From assembly GCA_024638845.1 (NCBI GenBank), contig JAHEJN010000005.1, forward strand, positions 8,468 to 72,467: DNA of 64,000 nt, written 5' to 3'. Source of the stretch: Acidimicrobiales bacterium (GTDB taxonomy: Bacteria; Actinomycetota; Acidimicrobiia; Acidimicrobiales; JAHEJN01). The notes beneath the pieces were generated by a model. It saw only the letters and a list, made by a program, of their open reading frames with translations. It searched no databases and had not been told where the DNA came from. Positions within the stretch are counted from its first letter, which is position 1; every line of letters starts with the position of its first letter. This document shows positions 61,288 to 64,000 of the stretch, piece after piece. The translations under genes and the position numbers were made by a program.

Positions 61288-61722
61288 ATGGACATGAAAC
61301 CACCGGCAATGATGAAACTCGGAGGAGGTGCACTGCTCTTCATCGGCTCGTTCCTCGACTGGTACGGGGCCTCCGAAGGCGGGTTCAGCCTCGGATTCTC
61401 GGGCACCGACGTCGACTTCAACGGCCTGCAGGGGATCTTCGCCCTGCTCATCGGCCTGGCAATCGCCGCCGTCGCCGGGCTTCGCGCCTTTGCGCCTCAG
61501 GTGAACATCCCGGCCGCGATCGCCGGGTTCTCACTCGACAAGCTGCTGTTCATGTTGGGCATCGGTGTCTTCCTCATGTGCTTCGGTGGACTGTTCCTGA
61601 GCGCCGGCCCACTCGGACCGAAGATCGGGCTGTTCCTGTGCACGATCGGAGCTGCGCTCGCCGTGATCGGCTCGTTCATGGAGAGCAAGGAAACGTCAAC
61701 CGCCCCGGCCACGAGCTTCTAG
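61288..61722 (+). CDS. Four-TM small membrane protein (paralog 1)
   Basis: LGGGALLFIGSFLDW...; four hydrophobic segments. Confidence 0.8.
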   Translation: MDMKPPAMMKLGGGALLFIGSFLDWYGASEGGFSLGFSGTDVDFNGLQGIFALLIGLAIAAVAGLRAFAPQVNIPAAIAGFSLDKLLFMLGIGVFLMCFGGLFLSAGPLGPKIGLFLCTIGAALAVIGSFMESKETSTAPATSF

Positions 61723-61731
61723 GAGACGACC

Positions 61732-62136
61732 ATGGACGATCTCAAGCCCAGCGCCATCGCCCTGCTCGGCGGCGGCGGCCTGCTCTTCATCAGTAGCTTC
61801 CTCAAGTGGCGCGGAGACCAGACCGGCATCAGCTTCGACGCCGCCGGCGCTCAAGGTCTCATCTGCCTCGTCATCGGGGCCGCAGTGGTGATCCTCGTCG
61901 CCATTGCGAACTTCGGTGGCAAGTCCACCGACATCAACATCGGCGGACTCACGACCAACGACGTGTATCTCACCCTCGGCCTCACGGCCTTCCTCATCAC
62001 CTTCGGTCTGCAGTTGGCCGACAGTGCGAAGTTCGGCCTCTTCGTCGGATGGGTCGGTGCGGCCGCCATAATCGTCGGCGCCTTCATGGACTCGAGGTCC
62101 GACTCGACGGCCACCACGCCACCCACCCCGTTCTAG
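61732..62136 (+). CDS. Four-TM small membrane protein (paralog 2)
   Basis: LGGGGLLFISSFLKW...; RBS AGGAG overlaps the upstream stop codon. Confidence 0.8.
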   Translation: MDDLKPSAIALLGGGGLLFISSFLKWRGDQTGISFDAAGAQGLICLVIGAAVVILVAIANFGGKSTDINIGGLTTNDVYLTLGLTAFLITFGLQLADSAKFGLFVGWVGAAAIIVGAFMDSRSDSTATTPPTPF

Positions 62137-62180
62137 CCACCGCTGGCTCCCCACCGCGCGTGGTCGACCGGCCGCCGCCG

Positions 62181-63185
62181 TCAGTCGGCTTCGGGAACGC
62201 GGGCACCCACCAGCACGGCGTCGGAGGGCACCAGCACGTGGGGGCCCACCATCGTGTGCCCCTCGATCGAGGCACCCGCAGCCACCGTGGCGCCGGGGCC
62301 CACGATGCTGTCGCTCACCTGCGCCCCCGCGGCGACCGTGGCCCCGTCCATCACGACCGACCGCCGCACCGATGCGTGGGGCCCGACCGTGCAGCCGGCA
62401 CCGACCACCGCCTGATCGATCACCGCACTCGAGTCGACGCTCGCACCGTCGCCGATCGGGTCGATGGGGTCGGACCACGCGCCGGCGAGGGCATCGAGGT
62501 TCACCTGGAGATAGGTCTCGGGCGTGCCGGCATCGACCCAGTAGCCGTCGTGGTGAAACCCGTTCAGCTCCCCGCGAGCGACGAGCGCAGGAAAGGTGGA
62601 CCGCTCGATCGAGACGGCTTCGCCGTCGGGAATGAGGTCGAGGACCCTCGGCTCGAGCACATAGGTCCCGGCGTTGATGAGATTCGACGGTGCTTCGTGC
62701 CGAGGCGGTTTCTCGACGAACCCGACCACGCGATTTGCCTCGTCGATGGACACGACGCCGAAGCGTGACGGATCGTCGACCGACACGAGGTGCATGGTGG
62801 CCGCCCCCCCGGCGGCGCGATGGCGGTCGACCTGGTCGCGGACGTCGAGCGAGGTGATGACGTCGCCGTTGATGGCAACGAAGGTGTCGGCGATCCCGGC
62901 CCGAGTGGCGGCGAACCGGATGGCGCCTGCCGTGTCGAGCGGATACGGATCGACCGCATAGTCGACCTCGAGTCCTCCGATCCTGGCATCGGGCCATCGC
63001 TCGCGGAACACCTCCGGCCGGTATCCGAGTGACAGAACGGCCCGGGTGATTCCCTGCGCGGCCAGACGGGCGAGGACGACCTCGAGCATGGTCGCATGAC
63101 CGATCGGGAGCATCTGCTTCGGTATCTCGCTCGTGAGAGGCCGCAGCCTCGTACCGAACCCGCCGACGAGCACCACAGCATCCAT
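62181..63185 (-). CDS. NDP-sugar pyrophosphorylase (mannose-1-phosphate guanylyltransferase-like)
   Basis: LVGGFGTRLRPLT..PK, NGD, FVEKP, INAGTY, YWVDAGTP; C-terminal hexapeptide repeats. Confidence 0.9.
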   Translation of the reverse strand: MDAVVLVGGFGTRLRPLTSEIPKQMLPIGHATMLEVVLARLAAQGITRAVLSLGYRPEVFRERWPDARIGGLEVDYAVDPYPLDTAGAIRFAATRAGIADTFVAINGDVITSLDVRDQVDRHRAAGGAATMHLVSVDDPSRFGVVSIDEANRVVGFVEKPPRHEAPSNLINAGTYVLEPRVLDLIPDGEAVSIERSTFPALVARGELNGFHHDGYWVDAGTPETYLQVNLDALAGAWSDPIDPIGDGASVDSSAVIDQAVVGAGCTVGPHASVRRSVVMDGATVAAGAQVSDSIVGPGATVAAGASIEGHTMVGPHVLVPSDAVLVGARVPEAD

Positions 63186-63278
63186 GGCTGTAGTGATACC
63201 AGGTCGAAGGGCTCAACCCACATGGGCTGGGTAGATCATCCTGTGGGCCGATTCGCCCAGAGCCGTTAGCTTGGCCAC

Positions 63279-64000
63279 ATGAAGCGAATCCCTGCGTTGG
63301 CGCTGTTCGCCATCGCCGCTCTCATCGGCGCCGGGCTCGTGGCCCTTTTCATCACCCTCAGTGACGACGACAGCTCCGGCGGCGACCAGACGACGCCTGC
63401 TGCGGCTCAACCGACACCGGCTGCGACTCCGACCGCCCAACCCACCCCCGACACCGAACCCCCGACCCCCACGGTCGAGCCGACTCCGGCACCCGAGCCG
63501 ACCGCCACGACCGAACCGACACCCACACCCACAGCCGAGCCGACCCCCACGACCGAACCGACAGCCGAACCGCTGCCCGAGGGCGTCGAGGAATCGCGGG
63601 CCTTCGTGAAGGACGGCCAGATCGTGCTCGAGGGAGCGGTGCCCGACGAGGCGAGCGCCGAGGAGATCGTGGCCCTCGCCGCATCGATCCTCGGCCCCGA
63701 GAACGTGATCAACAACTACGTGATCGACCCCCGGGCCGGCGACCCCAACCTGGGGAACATCCGTGTCGACGACACCGTGTTGTTCGCCACCAACAGTGCC
63801 GAGATCGCGCCTGACTTCGAGCCCCTCCTCGCCCAGGCACTGGCGCTGATGTTGACGCGGCCGAGCGTGACCATGACCGTCGAAGGCCACACCGACGACG
63901 TCGGCTCCGACGAGAACAACCTGGTCCTGTCACAGGATCGCGCCCAGGCCGTGGTCGACTGGCTCGTCGACCGAGGGGTCGAACGCAGTCGGCTGACCCC
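63279..64000 (+). CDS. Membrane-anchored BON-like + OmpA C-like peptidoglycan-binding protein (runs off window end)
   Basis: Hand translation: MKRIPALALFAIAALIG TM, PT/E linker, IVLEGAVPDE, VLFATNSAEI, VEGHTDDVGSDENNLVLSQDRAQAV. Confidence 0.88.
   Translation, partial: MKRIPALALFAIAALIGAGLVALFITLSDDDSSGGDQTTPAAAQPTPAATPTAQPTPDTEPPTPTVEPTPAPEPTATTEPTPTPTAEPTPTTEPTAEPLPEGVEESRAFVKDGQIVLEGAVPDEASAEEIVALAASILGPENVINNYVIDPRAGDPNLGNIRVDDTVLFATNSAEIAPDFEPLLAQALALMLTRPSVTMTVEGHTDDVGSDENNLVLSQDRAQAVVDWLVDRGVERSRLT

Noticed and set aside
63400-63575. Pro/Thr/Glu-coding repeats as a non-coding repeat element
   Set aside because: In-frame low-complexity linker of the OmpA-like protein.

Overview
High-GC actinobacterial chromosome segment; gene content and protein style suggest Acidimicrobiia (inference). 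About 56 densely packed CDSs, mostly housekeeping: a UPF0182/YlbL/MoaE/zincin block with inserted DivIVA-like and mreB genes; a co-linear phosphate cluster (ppk1-pstSCAB-phoU-senX3-regX3) with 11-nt PHO-box repeats; htrA, two whiB genes, ECF sigma/anti-sigma and tatA; a VWA + AAA+ pair with two glycosidase-like genes and a PAS-EAL gene; sdhCAB; mdh, idh, folD, purH, purN. I found no tRNA, rRNA, CRISPR array or mobile element. Best candidates for undescribed biology: (1) a stand-alone A-T-C-A-T-TE NRPS whose first A domain carries oxalate-CoA-ligase motifs and whose second lacks the alpha-amino-binding Asp, next to MocR, PLP decarboxylase, aminotransferase and exporter genes; (2) a DivIVA coiled-coil protein ending in a phage MuF-like domain; (3) an overlapping moaE-miniprotein-mreB trio; (4) several apparent pseudoenzymes; (5) many apparently leaderless genes. 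All calls come from motif reading by eye; no searches were run. Starts were adjusted from the ORF track where homology or promoter position favoured a downstream start.
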